64,000 bases of DNA from Bacteroidales bacterium (GCA_031553535.1 JAVBLM010000017.1:13542-77541), one strand, 5' to 3'. Counted from the stretch's first letter, positions 49,609 to 61,040 are shown. Made by a program: numbers and translations. The notes: a model not told the origin generated them from the sequence alone.

Positions 49609-50142
49609 ATTTATTTATTTTATAATTAACGTTTAAATTGATTTTACAAAGGTAACATTTTTGAAATTAAAATAATACATAATATACAAAATATATTTGC
49701 CTTATTGGAGTCGTCAAAGGTTGAAAAGATATAACAGGCAGGATGCAGAAAGGGAAACACCGTCATAGGTAATGCCCATGATAAGAAATTAAACCGAAGG
49801 AAATGACAGCAAGCATCTTCTTTTTTACCTCTAAATAGACTGGCTTTGCTGCTTTTCGGGTTGCCGAACCCGTTGGGTTTCATCCTGCCAATGACACTTT
49901 TTTGTTTCTTCAATACATCACTGCCATTACCTGCTCCCATAACGGATAATCGGCCAGTTGACCAGTTGACGAATTGAAAATTAATTCTCCGTAATTAATC
50001 CCATTGAGACATTTTGCCAGATTATAAATGGTTGCGGTTTCCCTGTCATGGAATTTTCCGGACATCTTTCTATATGGATCCGTAAGTATTTCCAGCTCTT
50101 TGGCAGCGCTTACCTCTTTCGGTTCGGGGTGACAAAAATGGG

Positions 50143-50664
50143 ATGCTCTTCATTATAAAGAGGGAAGGGATGGAATTATCGGCAGCCCGGATTCCGTAAA
50201 TCTACCCTGTCCGTTGATGTGAGGCAGCCTAGATTCCGTGATTCTACCTTGTCCGCCGGCGTCAGGCAGCCTAGATTTCGCGATTCTACCTTGTCCGTCG
50301 GCGTCAGGCAGCCTAGATTCCGTGATTTTACCCTGCCGGTTGACGTGTAATAGCCCGGATTTGAGGAATCTTCCCTGTTGTAAAACTTGCAACAGCCGGG
50401 ATTTTACAGCCCCCCCTTATTGCCGGTTTGTTGCAGTTCTTCCCTGACGTAGCGCTTCCCTGCTGAAATCCTCCAAAAGCATTCCTGCGACTTAAAATAC
50501 CTGCCGATATATTCAGGATACCTTTTATTCCGGCTGTGCGGCAGGAAAAAATTCCCGCAAGGGAAGAAACGAATACCTCCTCCCGCCCTGTTCTCGAAGG
50601 TCGGAAGATGATTTTGCCTGTTTCTCTGTTTCATAAAGATATCCATGTAAAACCTTTTAAAGAT
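50143..50664. repeat. Paralogue of the 19.0-19.7 kb module: 42-bp tandem array plus conserved flanks, without IS ends
   Basis: Units at 50181, 50223, 50265, 50307, degenerate 50349, 50391; shared atgctcttcattataaagaggg and ggaagatga..ttgcctgttt flanks. Confidence 0.9.
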
Positions 50665-50738
50665 ACGGTGAATCGTATACCTGATTCTACCTGCAAATAC
50701 ATAACCAAAATATGAATGGATTATTTTGACTTATACAA

Positions 50739-50804
50739 TTGCGAGGAGGAACAATGAAGCGTCCGAATGCGAAGCAGGCGAAAGCATCGAAACGAAATGA
50801 GATG
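50739..50804 (+). repeat. REP-like remnants (TTGCGAGGAGGAAC.., CGAATGCGAAGCAGGCGAAAGCATCG..)
   Basis: GC-rich CGAA-periodic stretch in AT-rich intergenic DNA resembling Bacteroidota intergenic repeats. Confidence 0.4.
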
Positions 50805-51083
50805 ATCTCTCTTTATTTTATCTTTTGACAACTTCTGTAATAAAAAATAAAATCCTCCTCTGTTCGGCTTAGGTTTCAGAGTGTTGTTATGCAACCGGAG
50901 AAATATCAAAATTATATAATAGGGACTTATGTCAAAGAATGGAAAAATGTTACAGAAATGTTTAGCATGACCTTCTCCATTCGATTGCATATTTGGAAAT
51001 AACTCCCTACAAGCATAAATATCCGGCTTAGTATTTGCATAAAATAATATACCTTTGTATTATTTTAGAATCAAAAGAAATAT

Positions 51084-52052
51084 ATGATAGAAGACATAAT
51101 CGATATTAACCCAAAAGATCTTGTTGATATATATGGAATTAACAATGAAAATATTGAATTATTAAAGCGATCTTTCCCTCATTTAAGAATTACGGCACGG
51201 GGAGACCAGATTCGTGTTATGGGACAGGAAGAACAAATTGAAGAGTTCCGTGATTTATTCTCCTTGTTTCTCCGGTTATACGAAAAATATGGCCGCATCA
51301 CAGAAAACGATATTGTAAATTTGATTGATGATAAAGAACATTTCCGGCAAACGTTAGAATCAGGGGAAAAACGTGAAGATATTATCCTGCACGGAAGAGA
51401 CGGACGGATTATCCGGGCAAGAACTCCAAACCAAATAAAAATGGTTAAAAGCATTGCCGCAAATGATATGATCTTTGCCATCGGCCCTGCCGGAACAGGA
51501 AAAACATATACAGCCGTAGCATTGGCAGTTAGAGCACTAAAGGATAAGGAAATAAGAAGAATAGTATTAACACGTCCCGCTGTAGAAGCCGGTGAAAACC
51601 TGGGATTTTTGCCGGGGGATCTCCGGGACAAGTTAGATCCTTATTTACAACCTCTTTATGATGCATTGCGGGATATGATCCCTCCGCAGCGTTTATTAAG
51701 CTACATAGAGGATAAAACGATTGAAATTGCTCCCCTGGCATTTATGAGAGGACGAACGCTTGATAACGCTTATGTTATCCTGGATGAAGCGCAAAACGCA
51801 ACCTCCACCCAATTAAAAATGTTTTTGACACGTATGGGGAATAATGCAAAATTCCTTATTACCGGAGATATAACACAGATCGATTTACCCCGGCATCAAT
51901 CTTCCGGTCTTTTACAAGCTACCCATATTTTACGTGATATCAAGGGAATCGATATTATACAACTTGATACCAGAGACGTAGTCCGCCATCGATTGGTAAC
52001 CTCTGTTATTAATGCGTACGAAAAACTCAAAGAAGGCAATAATAACGGATAG
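51084..52052 (+). CDS. phoH: PhoH family ATPase
   Basis: GPAGTGKT, LTRPAVEAGENLGFLPGDL, PLAFMRGRTL, LDEAQN. Confidence 0.95.
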   Translation: MIEDIIDINPKDLVDIYGINNENIELLKRSFPHLRITARGDQIRVMGQEEQIEEFRDLFSLFLRLYEKYGRITENDIVNLIDDKEHFRQTLESGEKREDIILHGRDGRIIRARTPNQIKMVKSIAANDMIFAIGPAGTGKTYTAVALAVRALKDKEIRRIVLTRPAVEAGENLGFLPGDLRDKLDPYLQPLYDALRDMIPPQRLLSYIEDKTIEIAPLAFMRGRTLDNAYVILDEAQNATSTQLKMFLTRMGNNAKFLITGDITQIDLPRHQSSGLLQATHILRDIKGIDIIQLDTRDVVRHRLVTSVINAYEKLKEGNNNG

Positions 52053-52082
52053 AGAACGTTTTATAGAAACATTTACATATCC

Positions 52083-53135
52083 ATGCAAAGATATTTTTTC
52101 GTATTCTTATTAAGTATATGTTTCTCATTTTCCCATGCTCAAACCGGAGGAGATGAAGTATATAATTTTCTGAACTTACCGGTTTCCGCAAGGGTATCGG
52201 CAATGGGGGGGAAACTTTTTTCCGTCCGGGACAATGAGCCTGCATTGGCAATAATGAATCCGTCTATGCTTAATCCGTCTATGAGTATGGGAACGTCTCT
52301 CAATTTGGTAGATTATTTTTCCAATGCACTTTACGGACATCTTAATTATATCCAATCCTTCCAAAATATCGGAACCTTTGATTTAGCTTTTAATTTTGCA
52401 TCCTTTGGCTCTTTTCAGGGATATGATATCTATGGAAACGAAACGGGAAAATTCACCGCAGCAGATTTTGCAGTAATAATGGGTTATGGGCGGGAATTTG
52501 TCGACAGCATGTTCTCTCTGGGAATGAATGTAAAGTGGATATTTTCCAAGTATGAAAGCTACTTTTCCGCAGGTCTTGGAGTAGATTTTGCCGCTTCTTA
52601 TTACTCTATTCCCAAGAATCTTTCATTGACGCTATTGATTAGCAACGTAGGAACCCAATTCAAAAGTTTTGCCGGAGCCCGGGAAAAGATACCTTTTGAA
52701 ATACAGTTGGCTTTCTCACAACGGCTAAAACATCTTCCTGTCCGGTATAGCATTACTTTGCAGCATTTACAAAAATGGAATTTATCCTATAACGATCCGA
52801 CCGATCCGTATGCAACTATTGATGCAACAACAGGGGAAGTGGCAGAAAAACCAAAAGGCCGCCGGTTTGCAAATAATTTGTTCCGCCATATTGTTTTCGG
52901 ATTGGAAATAATTCCGGTAAAATACATATCTTTACAAATATCATATAATTATAATGTACGCCAAGAAATGAGAGCATATGAAAAACCGGGATTTGTCGGA
53001 TTTGCCTATGGTGTTGGAATACATGTTTATCATTTCGACTTATACTATGCCCGTAATCATAACAATCTGGCATCTACCCCCAATCATTTTACATTATCAA
53101 CAAATATCGGAGCTTTATTGAAAAAAAATAAATAA
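52083..53135 (+). CDS. porQ: Type IX secretion system protein PorQ
   Basis: QTGGDEVYNFLNLPVSARVSAMGG, NPSMLN, RHIVFGLE. Confidence 0.8.
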   Translation: MQRYFFVFLLSICFSFSHAQTGGDEVYNFLNLPVSARVSAMGGKLFSVRDNEPALAIMNPSMLNPSMSMGTSLNLVDYFSNALYGHLNYIQSFQNIGTFDLAFNFASFGSFQGYDIYGNETGKFTAADFAVIMGYGREFVDSMFSLGMNVKWIFSKYESYFSAGLGVDFAASYYSIPKNLSLTLLISNVGTQFKSFAGAREKIPFEIQLAFSQRLKHLPVRYSITLQHLQKWNLSYNDPTDPYATIDATTGEVAEKPKGRRFANNLFRHIVFGLEIIPVKYISLQISYNYNVRQEMRAYEKPGFVGFAYGVGIHVYHFDLYYARNHNNLASTPNHFTLSTNIGALLKKNK

Positions 53136-53138
53136 TCT

Positions 53139-53660
53139 ATGTATATTCTTTTGGAAATAATAAAAATTACGCTTCCTGCATTGATCGTGGCTTGTATAGC
53201 CTATCTTGTGATAAAAAGCACATACGAGAAAGAGTTAAAAAAACAAGTACTGGAATTAAAATACAATTCCAAACAGGTAATAACACCTATTCGCTTACAA
53301 GCCTACGAACGGCTGGCTTTACTTTTGGAGCGCATGAAGCCGGATAGTTTATTGTTGCGAAATTCCGGGAATAATCTTTCTGCTACCCAATACAGAACAA
53401 TTCTACTTACCTCAATTCGTAGTGAGTTTGAGCATAATTTATCCCAACAAGTTTATGTATCAAGTGCCTTATGGGAAGTAACCAAGAAGGCAAAAGAAGA
53501 AATCTCAAAGGTTATTAATTTGGCAGCAGGAAAAGTAGGTGTTGATGCTTCCGGATCGGATTTGGCGGCTAAAATCCTGGATATCTATATGGGAATAGAT
53601 CCGTTACCTTCCGACATCGCATTGGAATTACTTCGAAATGAAATAAAAGAATTATACTAG
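53139..53660 (+). CDS. Conserved Bacteroidota membrane-anchored hypothetical protein
   Basis: N-terminal TM; RLQAYERLALLLER, IRSEFEHNLSQQVYVS. Confidence 0.8.
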   Translation: MYILLEIIKITLPALIVACIAYLVIKSTYEKELKKQVLELKYNSKQVITPIRLQAYERLALLLERMKPDSLLLRNSGNNLSATQYRTILLTSIRSEFEHNLSQQVYVSSALWEVTKKAKEEISKVINLAAGKVGVDASGSDLAAKILDIYMGIDPLPSDIALELLRNEIKELY

Positions 53661-53664
53661 CCAG

Positions 53665-54417
53665 ATGCAAAAAGATACAAAAAACAACCATCTTATCTAC
53701 GGCATTCGTCCGGTAATCGAAGCCATTAATAATGATAAGGAAATAGATAAGATTATCCTTCAAAGAGGAGCAAGCGGGGAAAACTTCAAGGAATTGTTTC
53801 ACTTAATCCGGCAACGGAACATCCCATTCCAATATGTGCCGGCAGAACGACTTAACAGATATACCCGGGGAAATCATCAGGGGGTTGTATGTTTCACTTC
53901 ATCTGTCACATATCAAAATATATACGATATATTACCTATATTGTATGAAGAAGGAAAAACACCCTTTTTATTGGCATTGGACAAAATAACAGATGTTCGA
54001 AATATGGGAGCAATTGCCCGAAGTGCAGAATGTGCCGGAGTGGATGCCATTATAGTTCCCTCAAAAGGAAGTGCGCAACTAAATGAAGATGCGGTAAAAA
54101 CATCTGCCGGAGCTTTGCATACAATCCCGATTTGTCGGCACGATAGATTTCACGAAGCGCTTATATACCTCAAAGAAAGTGGAATAGAACTTGTAGCTTG
54201 TACTGAAAAAGCCAATGATCTTTTTTACCAACATACGTATTCAAATCCTACATGTATTCTTATGGGAAATGAATACGAAGGTATTTCTCCTCAGTTTTTA
54301 TCTCTTTGTGATAAGAAAGTCCGCATACCAATGGTGGGAAGTATAGAATCATTAAATGTTTCCGTTGCAACCGGAATTATGCTATTTGAAGTACTGAAAA
54401 ATCGTTTGGAAGAATAA
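53665..54417 (+). CDS. rlmB: 23S rRNA G2251 2'-O-methyltransferase
   Basis: GNHQGVV, TDVRNMGAIARSA, KTSAGA, GNEYEGIS, IESLNVSVA. Confidence 0.93.
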   Translation: MQKDTKNNHLIYGIRPVIEAINNDKEIDKIILQRGASGENFKELFHLIRQRNIPFQYVPAERLNRYTRGNHQGVVCFTSSVTYQNIYDILPILYEEGKTPFLLALDKITDVRNMGAIARSAECAGVDAIIVPSKGSAQLNEDAVKTSAGALHTIPICRHDRFHEALIYLKESGIELVACTEKANDLFYQHTYSNPTCILMGNEYEGISPQFLSLCDKKVRIPMVGSIESLNVSVATGIMLFEVLKNRLEE

Positions 54418-54475
54418 CTAATAGAAGTTACACAAGTTAAATGACATTACAGAAATAATGATTTATCACTAACTA

Positions 54476-55135
54476 TTAATCATTATTTTTGGTTTCTTTA
54501 GGGGATTCGAAAGAAGCGACAAACCTGGATAAGGATTTATAATAAAATAATATCATCGCAAATAAACCAACAGTTATACTGCTATCAGCAATATTAAAAA
54601 CTGCCGGAAAGAAATTAAAACTGGAGTCCCCCCAGATAGGGAACCAGCTGGGAAAATTTATTGTAAACAAATCAAACTGGAACATATCCACTACTTTCCC
54701 TTGTAAAATAGGGGCATATCCTCCGCCCTCAGGAAAAAGGGTTGCCACAGGACCAAGATATTCGCTGGCACTAAATATCCTGCCATAAAACACACAATCG
54801 AAAATATTTCCCACGGCACCTGAAAAAACCAAGGCTGTGGTAATTATCAGACCCCATGAAACATTCTTTTTCAACATTTTATAGATCACCCATCCAATAC
54901 ACACGGATGCAATGATACGGAACAAGCTCAATATTAATTTTCCCCAAAAGCCACCAAAGAAAACCATGCCGAAAGCCATCCCTTCATTTTCAATAAAATG
55001 TAATTTAAACCAAGAACCTATCAAGTTAATTTCCTGGCCTAAAAACATATTCGTCTTAACCCAGAATTTTAGAATCTGGTCTAAAACAAGAATGACAACA
55101 ATAAGCGAAATAACAATGGCAGATCTTTTTTTCAC
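54476..55135 (-). CDS. lspA: Lipoprotein signal peptidase II
   Basis: LDQILKFWVK, ENEGMAFG, GAVGNIFD, GKVVDMF, VFNIADSSI. Confidence 0.93.
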   Translation of the reverse strand: MKKRSAIVISLIVVILVLDQILKFWVKTNMFLGQEINLIGSWFKLHFIENEGMAFGMVFFGGFWGKLILSLFRIIASVCIGWVIYKMLKKNVSWGLIITTALVFSGAVGNIFDCVFYGRIFSASEYLGPVATLFPEGGGYAPILQGKVVDMFQFDLFTINFPSWFPIWGDSSFNFFPAVFNIADSSITVGLFAMILFYYKSLSRFVASFESPKETKNND

Positions 55136-55148
55136 TCTTTTGCGAAAT

Positions 55149-55544
55149 TTAGCTCTTTTTCTTTTTCTCGTTTATTTTTGCATCATACGATAATGTAGCA
55201 TGAGGAACACTGCGTAATCTCTCCTTAGGAATAAGATCTCCGGTTTCACGACATACCCCATATGTTTTATTTTCAATTCGGATTAATGCTGCTTCCAGAT
55301 TCTTAATATACTTTTCCAAACGAGCGGCTAAACGTCCATTTTCTTCCTTAAATAGTGTTTGCTGCCCTTCTTCCAAAAGTTTAAAAGACGGAGATGTGTC
55401 CGCAATATCATTTCCGCTACTACCACTAACAGCATCTACAAACAATTTCATATCTAGACGTGCCTTTTCAAGCTTTTCTAATATAAGCTCTTTAAACTCT
55501 TGTAATTCTTCATCCGAATACCTTTTATATTCTTTCTCTTCCAT
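55149..55544 (-). CDS. dksA: TraR/DksA family regulator (Bacteroidota single-Cys type)
   Basis: RYSDEELQEF, ALIRIENKTYGVCRETGDLIPKERLRSVPHATLS. Confidence 0.88.
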   Translation of the reverse strand: MEEKEYKRYSDEELQEFKELILEKLEKARLDMKLFVDAVSGSSGNDIADTSPSFKLLEEGQQTLFKEENGRLAARLEKYIKNLEAALIRIENKTYGVCRETGDLIPKERLRSVPHATLSYDAKINEKKKKS

Positions 55545-55910
55545 GACAAACCTCCTTAATATGTTAACAAAAAAACACAATATAATAATGTCTTTCAACA
55601 AAATATTTATATTGTTTCTGACCTCAAAGTTACAACAAAAAACGACAGGAATTATACTTTATTGTTACTTTCTTATAATTGACTGTATATCAATTCGTAA
55701 ATTCCTTAAATATATTTAAATTTCACCATAAAATATAAAAAATAATGTGATGAACATATACCACATACATCAATTATAGAATAGCAATAGAAAAATGTAT
55801 GATTAAGCAATTTTATATATGCCGAATTGGTATGTTAATTTTAAAATATAAATGAAAAGTTAAGAGATAATCGACAAAACGCTATCTTTGCATAATATAA
55901 TTGTTTAATC

Positions 55911-56666
55911 ATGCAAAACAAAAATGCTATTATTGAGGTTTGCGTTGACTCAATTGATTCCTCACTTATTGCTCAATCTGCAGGAGCTTATCGGGTAGAA
56001 TTATGTAATAATCTTTCAGAAGGAGGAACCACTCCCTCTTTTGCTCAAATAGAAATAGCGCGAAAACTTTTAACCATACAATTATATATACTTATCAGGC
56101 CTCGCGGAGGGGATTTCTTATACAATGATATAGAATTTGAAACAATAAAATCGGATATTCATCTATGTGGAAAAATCGGGTGTAATGGAGTCGTTATCGG
56201 CATGTTAAATGAGGATGGGGCCATCGATTACAACAGATGCCGGGAGTTGGTCAGGGTTGCTCATAATTATTCGATGGGCGTTACCTTTCATCGTGCATTT
56301 GACCGATCGGCCGATCTATTCCAAAGTTTGGAAGATATTATTGACCTGGGTTGTGAGCGTATTTTAACTTCAGGAGGCAGAAATACCGCTGTAGAAGGGA
56401 TATCGATAATCAAACATCTGGTAGAAAAAGCAGATGGAAGAATTCACATTATGCCCGGATCGGGTATTGCACCGGAAAATGTTTCCGGATTAATGAAAGA
56501 AACAAAAGCACGTGAAGTTCACGGAACATTCCGAAGCCTGTATCATAGTCATATGAAATATAAAAATACCGATTTGAAAAACATTGAGGAAGAATATAGT
56601 ATATGGCTTGCCGATGCACAAAAGATAAAGCAAACAATTCAAATTATAAATAAGATAACTGTCTAA
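55911..56666 (+). CDS. cutC: Copper homeostasis protein CutC
   Basis: RVELC, EGGTTPS, IRPRGGDFLY, TFHRAFD, RILTSGG. Confidence 0.95.
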   Translation: MQNKNAIIEVCVDSIDSSLIAQSAGAYRVELCNNLSEGGTTPSFAQIEIARKLLTIQLYILIRPRGGDFLYNDIEFETIKSDIHLCGKIGCNGVVIGMLNEDGAIDYNRCRELVRVAHNYSMGVTFHRAFDRSADLFQSLEDIIDLGCERILTSGGRNTAVEGISIIKHLVEKADGRIHIMPGSGIAPENVSGLMKETKAREVHGTFRSLYHSHMKYKNTDLKNIEEEYSIWLADAQKIKQTIQIINKITV

Positions 56667-56676
56667 ATTCAAATAA

Positions 56677-59349
56677 ATGAAAACAATATACAAACCTGTT
56701 TTATCTATTTTATCATTAATCTTATTAACCACATCCTGCAACGAAAAAGAAACCCATTTCTTAACCGACGCTACTTATCGTCAACAAGTTCATGAACAAT
56801 TCTTAAAACGTCAAGACGAAGCCAAACATCGAAATGAAGTTCTGTTTTCTATACTTGAAAGAGAGAGTTTATCTTTGGAGCAAAAAGAAGCGCTGGAATT
56901 TTTGTATGCTTATATGCCATTATGTGATTTGGCGGATTATAATGGAGATTTCTTTCTTAAACAAGTAGATGCCGCTTTCAACGCCCGGGATTATTTCCAT
57001 TGGGGTAAAACCATTCCTGAGGATATCTTTCGTCATTTCGTATTGGTCTATCGTGTTAATAACGAATACCTGGATACTGCCCGACTGGTTTTTTTTGAGG
57101 AGTTAAAGGAACGCATAAAAGACATGACGATGGAGGAAGCGGCACTGGAAGTAAATCACTGGTGTCATGAAAAGGTTACATATCGTGCCACCGACGGACG
57201 TACTTCCGCACCCCTGGCATTGGTACGTACTTCATGGGGACGTTGTGGAGAAGAATCAACTTTTACCGCCACCGCATTACGGGCTGTGGGGATTCCTGCA
57301 CGTCAATGCTATACTCCACGCTGGGCACATACAAACAGTAATCACGCTTGGGTAGAAGTATGGATTAACGGACAATGGCACTATATGGGTGCCTGTGAAC
57401 CTGAACCCGAACTGAATGTAGCATGGTTTACAGCTCCTGCTAAACGGGGAATGATGGTGCATACCAACGTCTTTGGCCTCTATACCGGACCTGAAGAGAA
57501 AAATTTCGAAAGCCCGTTGTATTCCAGGATCAATTTATTAGCAAATTACGCACCTACCCGTCAGGTTAAAGTGAAGGTAATAGATGAAAAAGGGCAACCT
57601 GTAAGCGATGCAACTGTAAAGTTTAATGTTTACAATTATTCCGAACTATATCCTATCACAGAAAGCATGACCAACGCCGATGGGCTTACATCCATTACTT
57701 CCGGAATGGGAGACCTACTTATCTGGGTAAACAAGGACGATTTATCCGGATATAAGAAATCATCTCCTGAAGATGAGATGGTAACAATAACAATAGAAAA
57801 CTCTTCCGGTAAGATATTCGATGAAACGTTCACAATGAACCCTCCCCAGGAGCAAAAGATCAAAGAACTATCTTCTGAAAAAATAGCAGCAAATACGATT
57901 CGTCTTGCCTATGAAGATTCTATTAGGAATGCATATATGAATACATTTGCAACCGAATCGTATGCCTGTGAATTAGCTGAAAAGATGAAGTCAAACAAAA
58001 ACGAAATGTGGAAATACCTACAGTTAGCTCAAGGCAACTGGCGTGAAATCGAAGCCTTTATTAAAGACAATAAAGATAATCCGCGTTTATTTCCGTTTTT
58101 ATCCTCATTACTGGAAAAAGATTTACGCGATACTCCGTCAGAATACCTAAACGATCATATACAAAATGGAGGAAAATCATCTTCTGGTATTCCCGAAGAT
58201 ATATTTGTCACGAAAATACTTTCTCCCCGTATTGCTCTGGAATTGATCAAGCCCTGGAGAAGCTTTTTCCAACAAAAAACAATCGCAGAAGAGATAGCCG
58301 GGACCAATCCTAGTGTAAACCATATTATCGATTACATTGAGAGAAACATCCAAATCAAGAATGAAGAAAACTATTATAATTGTTTAATCACTCCTCGTGG
58401 TGTTTATGAATTGAAAATAGCGGACAGCCGTTCCCGTGATGTATTCTTTGTTGCTGTCTGTAGGAGTTTATCAATAGCTGCTCAAGTAGATGAAGCAACC
58501 GGAAAACCCCAATATTACCAAAATGGGAAGTGGAACGATGTGATTTTTGACAAAGAATCCACCATAGAAAAAAGTGATATTTCCAAAGCTAAACTTACGC
58601 TTTCTAATGCCAAGACTAATGTAATAAAACCTGAATATTCAACCCATTATACGCTGGCATATTTTAAAGAAGGTGATTTTCGAACGTTAAACTACAGAAA
58701 CAACCCTGTATTAGCCACTTATCCTTCCACCTTGGATTTGGATGAAGGCTATTACCGTTTAATAACGGGAAGCCGTGCAAACGATGGTTCCGTGACTGTT
58801 CACAGCGACTATTTCGAGTTAAAACAGGGCAAGCCACATTCAATAACCCTGCAACTTCCTGAAATTGTAGGAAAAATATTTGTACAGGGAAGTATAGACA
58901 TGAATACGGTTGTTACGCTGGAAAACAATGATAAAAAGTCATTGAAAGAACTTGCCAATGGAAAAGGATTAATGCTTTGCTTTGTTGACGTGGGAAAAGA
59001 ACCATCCAAACATATATTACAGGATCTTCCCCAACAACAAAGTGCACTTGAGCGATGGAATGGAGGAATTTTATTGGTAACCCCTGATGACAAACTCAAT
59101 AATGCTTTTCATGCTTCCGCGTTCAGGAATTTACCAAAGCAAACTACCTGGGGGGTTGATAACCAACGTGCCTTATTAAAAACAGTTGCAGAAACATTGC
59201 AAATCAATTTTAACGATAACTTTCCTTTAACGATTTACTTGTCAACAAATGGGGGTATTTTATATTATTCCGTAGGGTATCGAATCGGTATCGGAGAAGA
59301 CATACTGAAAACAATTCATTTAGAGAAAGAAAGTTTGATCTCAAAATAA
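56677..59349 (+). CDS. Transglutaminase-like domain lipoprotein
   Basis: Lipobox TTSC; GRCGEEST, NHAWVEVW, GACEPEP; second inactive TGase-like repeat. Confidence 0.9.
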   Translation: MKTIYKPVLSILSLILLTTSCNEKETHFLTDATYRQQVHEQFLKRQDEAKHRNEVLFSILERESLSLEQKEALEFLYAYMPLCDLADYNGDFFLKQVDAAFNARDYFHWGKTIPEDIFRHFVLVYRVNNEYLDTARLVFFEELKERIKDMTMEEAALEVNHWCHEKVTYRATDGRTSAPLALVRTSWGRCGEESTFTATALRAVGIPARQCYTPRWAHTNSNHAWVEVWINGQWHYMGACEPEPELNVAWFTAPAKRGMMVHTNVFGLYTGPEEKNFESPLYSRINLLANYAPTRQVKVKVIDEKGQPVSDATVKFNVYNYSELYPITESMTNADGLTSITSGMGDLLIWVNKDDLSGYKKSSPEDEMVTITIENSSGKIFDETFTMNPPQEQKIKELSSEKIAANTIRLAYEDSIRNAYMNTFATESYACELAEKMKSNKNEMWKYLQLAQGNWREIEAFIKDNKDNPRLFPFLSSLLEKDLRDTPSEYLNDHIQNGGKSSSGIPEDIFVTKILSPRIALELIKPWRSFFQQKTIAEEIAGTNPSVNHIIDYIERNIQIKNEENYYNCLITPRGVYELKIADSRSRDVFFVAVCRSLSIAAQVDEATGKPQYYQNGKWNDVIFDKESTIEKSDISKAKLTLSNAKTNVIKPEYSTHYTLAYFKEGDFRTLNYRNNPVLATYPSTLDLDEGYYRLITGSRANDGSVTVHSDYFELKQGKPHSITLQLPEIVGKIFVQGSIDMNTVVTLENNDKKSLKELANGKGLMLCFVDVGKEPSKHILQDLPQQQSALERWNGGILLVTPDDKLNNAFHASAFRNLPKQTTWGVDNQRALLKTVAETLQINFNDNFPLTIYLSTNGGILYYSVGYRIGIGEDILKTIHLEKESLISK

Positions 59350-59609
59350 AAAGTGAATACAGTAGAACTTTGACAGAAAGGAAAGGATTATGAGGCATTT
59401 TCTTTCTACCCATTGTATATGTTCTATTACTTTTATTATCAAAAAGAGCGGAAGTGCGGTTACCTTTTGTATTGATGGACAGTTTAGCGCCCACAATGTT
59501 CGCCGCTCAGCAGTCATGACGCGTTAACAGTATGTTTTAAAATTTTATAGTTTGATATAAAGAAAGATAATTGTAAACTTTGTTAAAACAGTAACTAAAA
59601 ATTCCTACG

Positions 59610-60350
59610 ATGGTAAACACAAAGAAAACACGGTCAGAGAAAGTCGAAATAACTTCGGCTTCTGAAAAGGATAACATTTATAAAAACAAGAATTCTTTCT
59701 CAAACAAACGCTATACAAAGCAAGAAGAAAAAATGAATGTACTTACCCACTGGATAGGTACTATTATTGTGAGCCTGGGATCAGGTTGTCTTATAACGCT
59801 AAGTGCATTGACAGGTTCTGCTGTAAAAATTGTCTCTATGTGTATATTCAGTTTCAGCATGATAACACTTTACTGTACTTCTACACTCTACCATTTCGCC
59901 GAAAACGAAAATACAAAAAAGAAACTTAGAGTATTAGACCATTCTTCTATTTATCTTCTGATAGCGGGTACATATACACCGTTTTTGCTGATTAACTTAA
60001 AGGGCACTACAGGTATAGTACTTTTTATAATTGTGTGGAGTATGGCTCTTTTAGGAACAATAGCCAAAATATTTTTATTAAATAAATTCAAAAAGATGTC
60101 CATCGTGATTTATCTGGTTATGGGCTGGCTTATTATTTTTGTATTAAAGCCGATGATTAACACAACAAGTGTAACAGGTCTTATTTTCATTGCTTTAGGA
60201 AGTTTGTTTTATTCCGGCGGAATCTATTTTTATATACGTAAAGATAAGGAATTTTATCACGGTATATGGCACATTTTTGTTTTACTGGGGACTATTATGC
60301 TTTTCTTCGCGGTTTTGTATGGCTCTTTACTTCCGATAAAGCTCATGTAG
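59610..60350 (+). CDS. Hemolysin III / PAQR family membrane protein (TrhA-like)
   Basis: EEKMNVLTH, STLYH, LDHSSIYLLIAGTYTP, YLVMGW, HGIWHIFV. Confidence 0.92.
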   Translation: MVNTKKTRSEKVEITSASEKDNIYKNKNSFSNKRYTKQEEKMNVLTHWIGTIIVSLGSGCLITLSALTGSAVKIVSMCIFSFSMITLYCTSTLYHFAENENTKKKLRVLDHSSIYLLIAGTYTPFLLINLKGTTGIVLFIIVWSMALLGTIAKIFLLNKFKKMSIVIYLVMGWLIIFVLKPMINTTSVTGLIFIALGSLFYSGGIYFYIRKDKEFYHGIWHIFVLLGTIMLFFAVLYGSLLPIKLM

Positions 60351-60446
60351 GGTTCAGTCTTTTCCAATTTAATGAATCATTTATTATTTGATGTTTCGAA
60401 TCAAAATTGTATTTTTGCGTATCAAATTGCATCAATAATATTAAGT

Positions 60447-60818
60447 ATGGAAAATAAATATTCTTATGTAACGAAACTTGACATCTTGTTCAAGCATTTG
60501 GAACGGATTGACGTTCCGAAAATGGTAGCTGAATGTACGGACAAATGGTTTAATCAAACGCTCACAAAAGTCAACAATAGTGTTGTGAGGATCGGCATTG
60601 TTGAGGGCGAATACCATTGGCATAAACATGATAATGACGATGAATTCTTTTTTGTGCTTGAGGGACAATTGTTAATAGATCTTGAAGACTGTACCATTGA
60701 ATTAAATCCATTTCAAGGAACTACTATCTCAAAAGGAATAATGCATCGCCCGCGTGCCCCTAAGAAAACAGTAATGCTAATGGTTGAAACCTGTGCAATT
60801 CAACCTACTGGAAATTGA
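60447..60818 (+). CDS. Cupin domain protein
   Basis: GEYHWHKHDNDDEFFFVLEG, GIMHRP. Confidence 0.88.
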   Translation: MENKYSYVTKLDILFKHLERIDVPKMVAECTDKWFNQTLTKVNNSVVRIGIVEGEYHWHKHDNDDEFFFVLEGQLLIDLEDCTIELNPFQGTTISKGIMHRPRAPKKTVMLMVETCAIQPTGN

Positions 60819-61040
60819 ATTTATGGTAAAACGATGAAAAACATCTACGCTTTATTTTATTGTCAATTGTGTAAACCTCCCTGTCAGACTTGAAACGGAA
60901 GCAAAAACAGATTGACAGAATGCCGAATTTTCAACTGGTGTTCTCATACAAGCAACAACACCTATCTAACAAGTTCCATTTTGGTGATGAAAAATATAAT
61001 TGTAAATTTGCACAATTATTAATCAATAAAAATGATAGAT

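Noticed and set aside
55149-55544. DksA lacking the four-Cys zinc finger
   Set aside because: The single-Cys form is the normal Bacteroidota variant.
55911-59349. cutC-transglutaminase pairing as novel
   Set aside because: As far as I recall this adjacency is common in Bacteroidales; nothing unusual is visible here.
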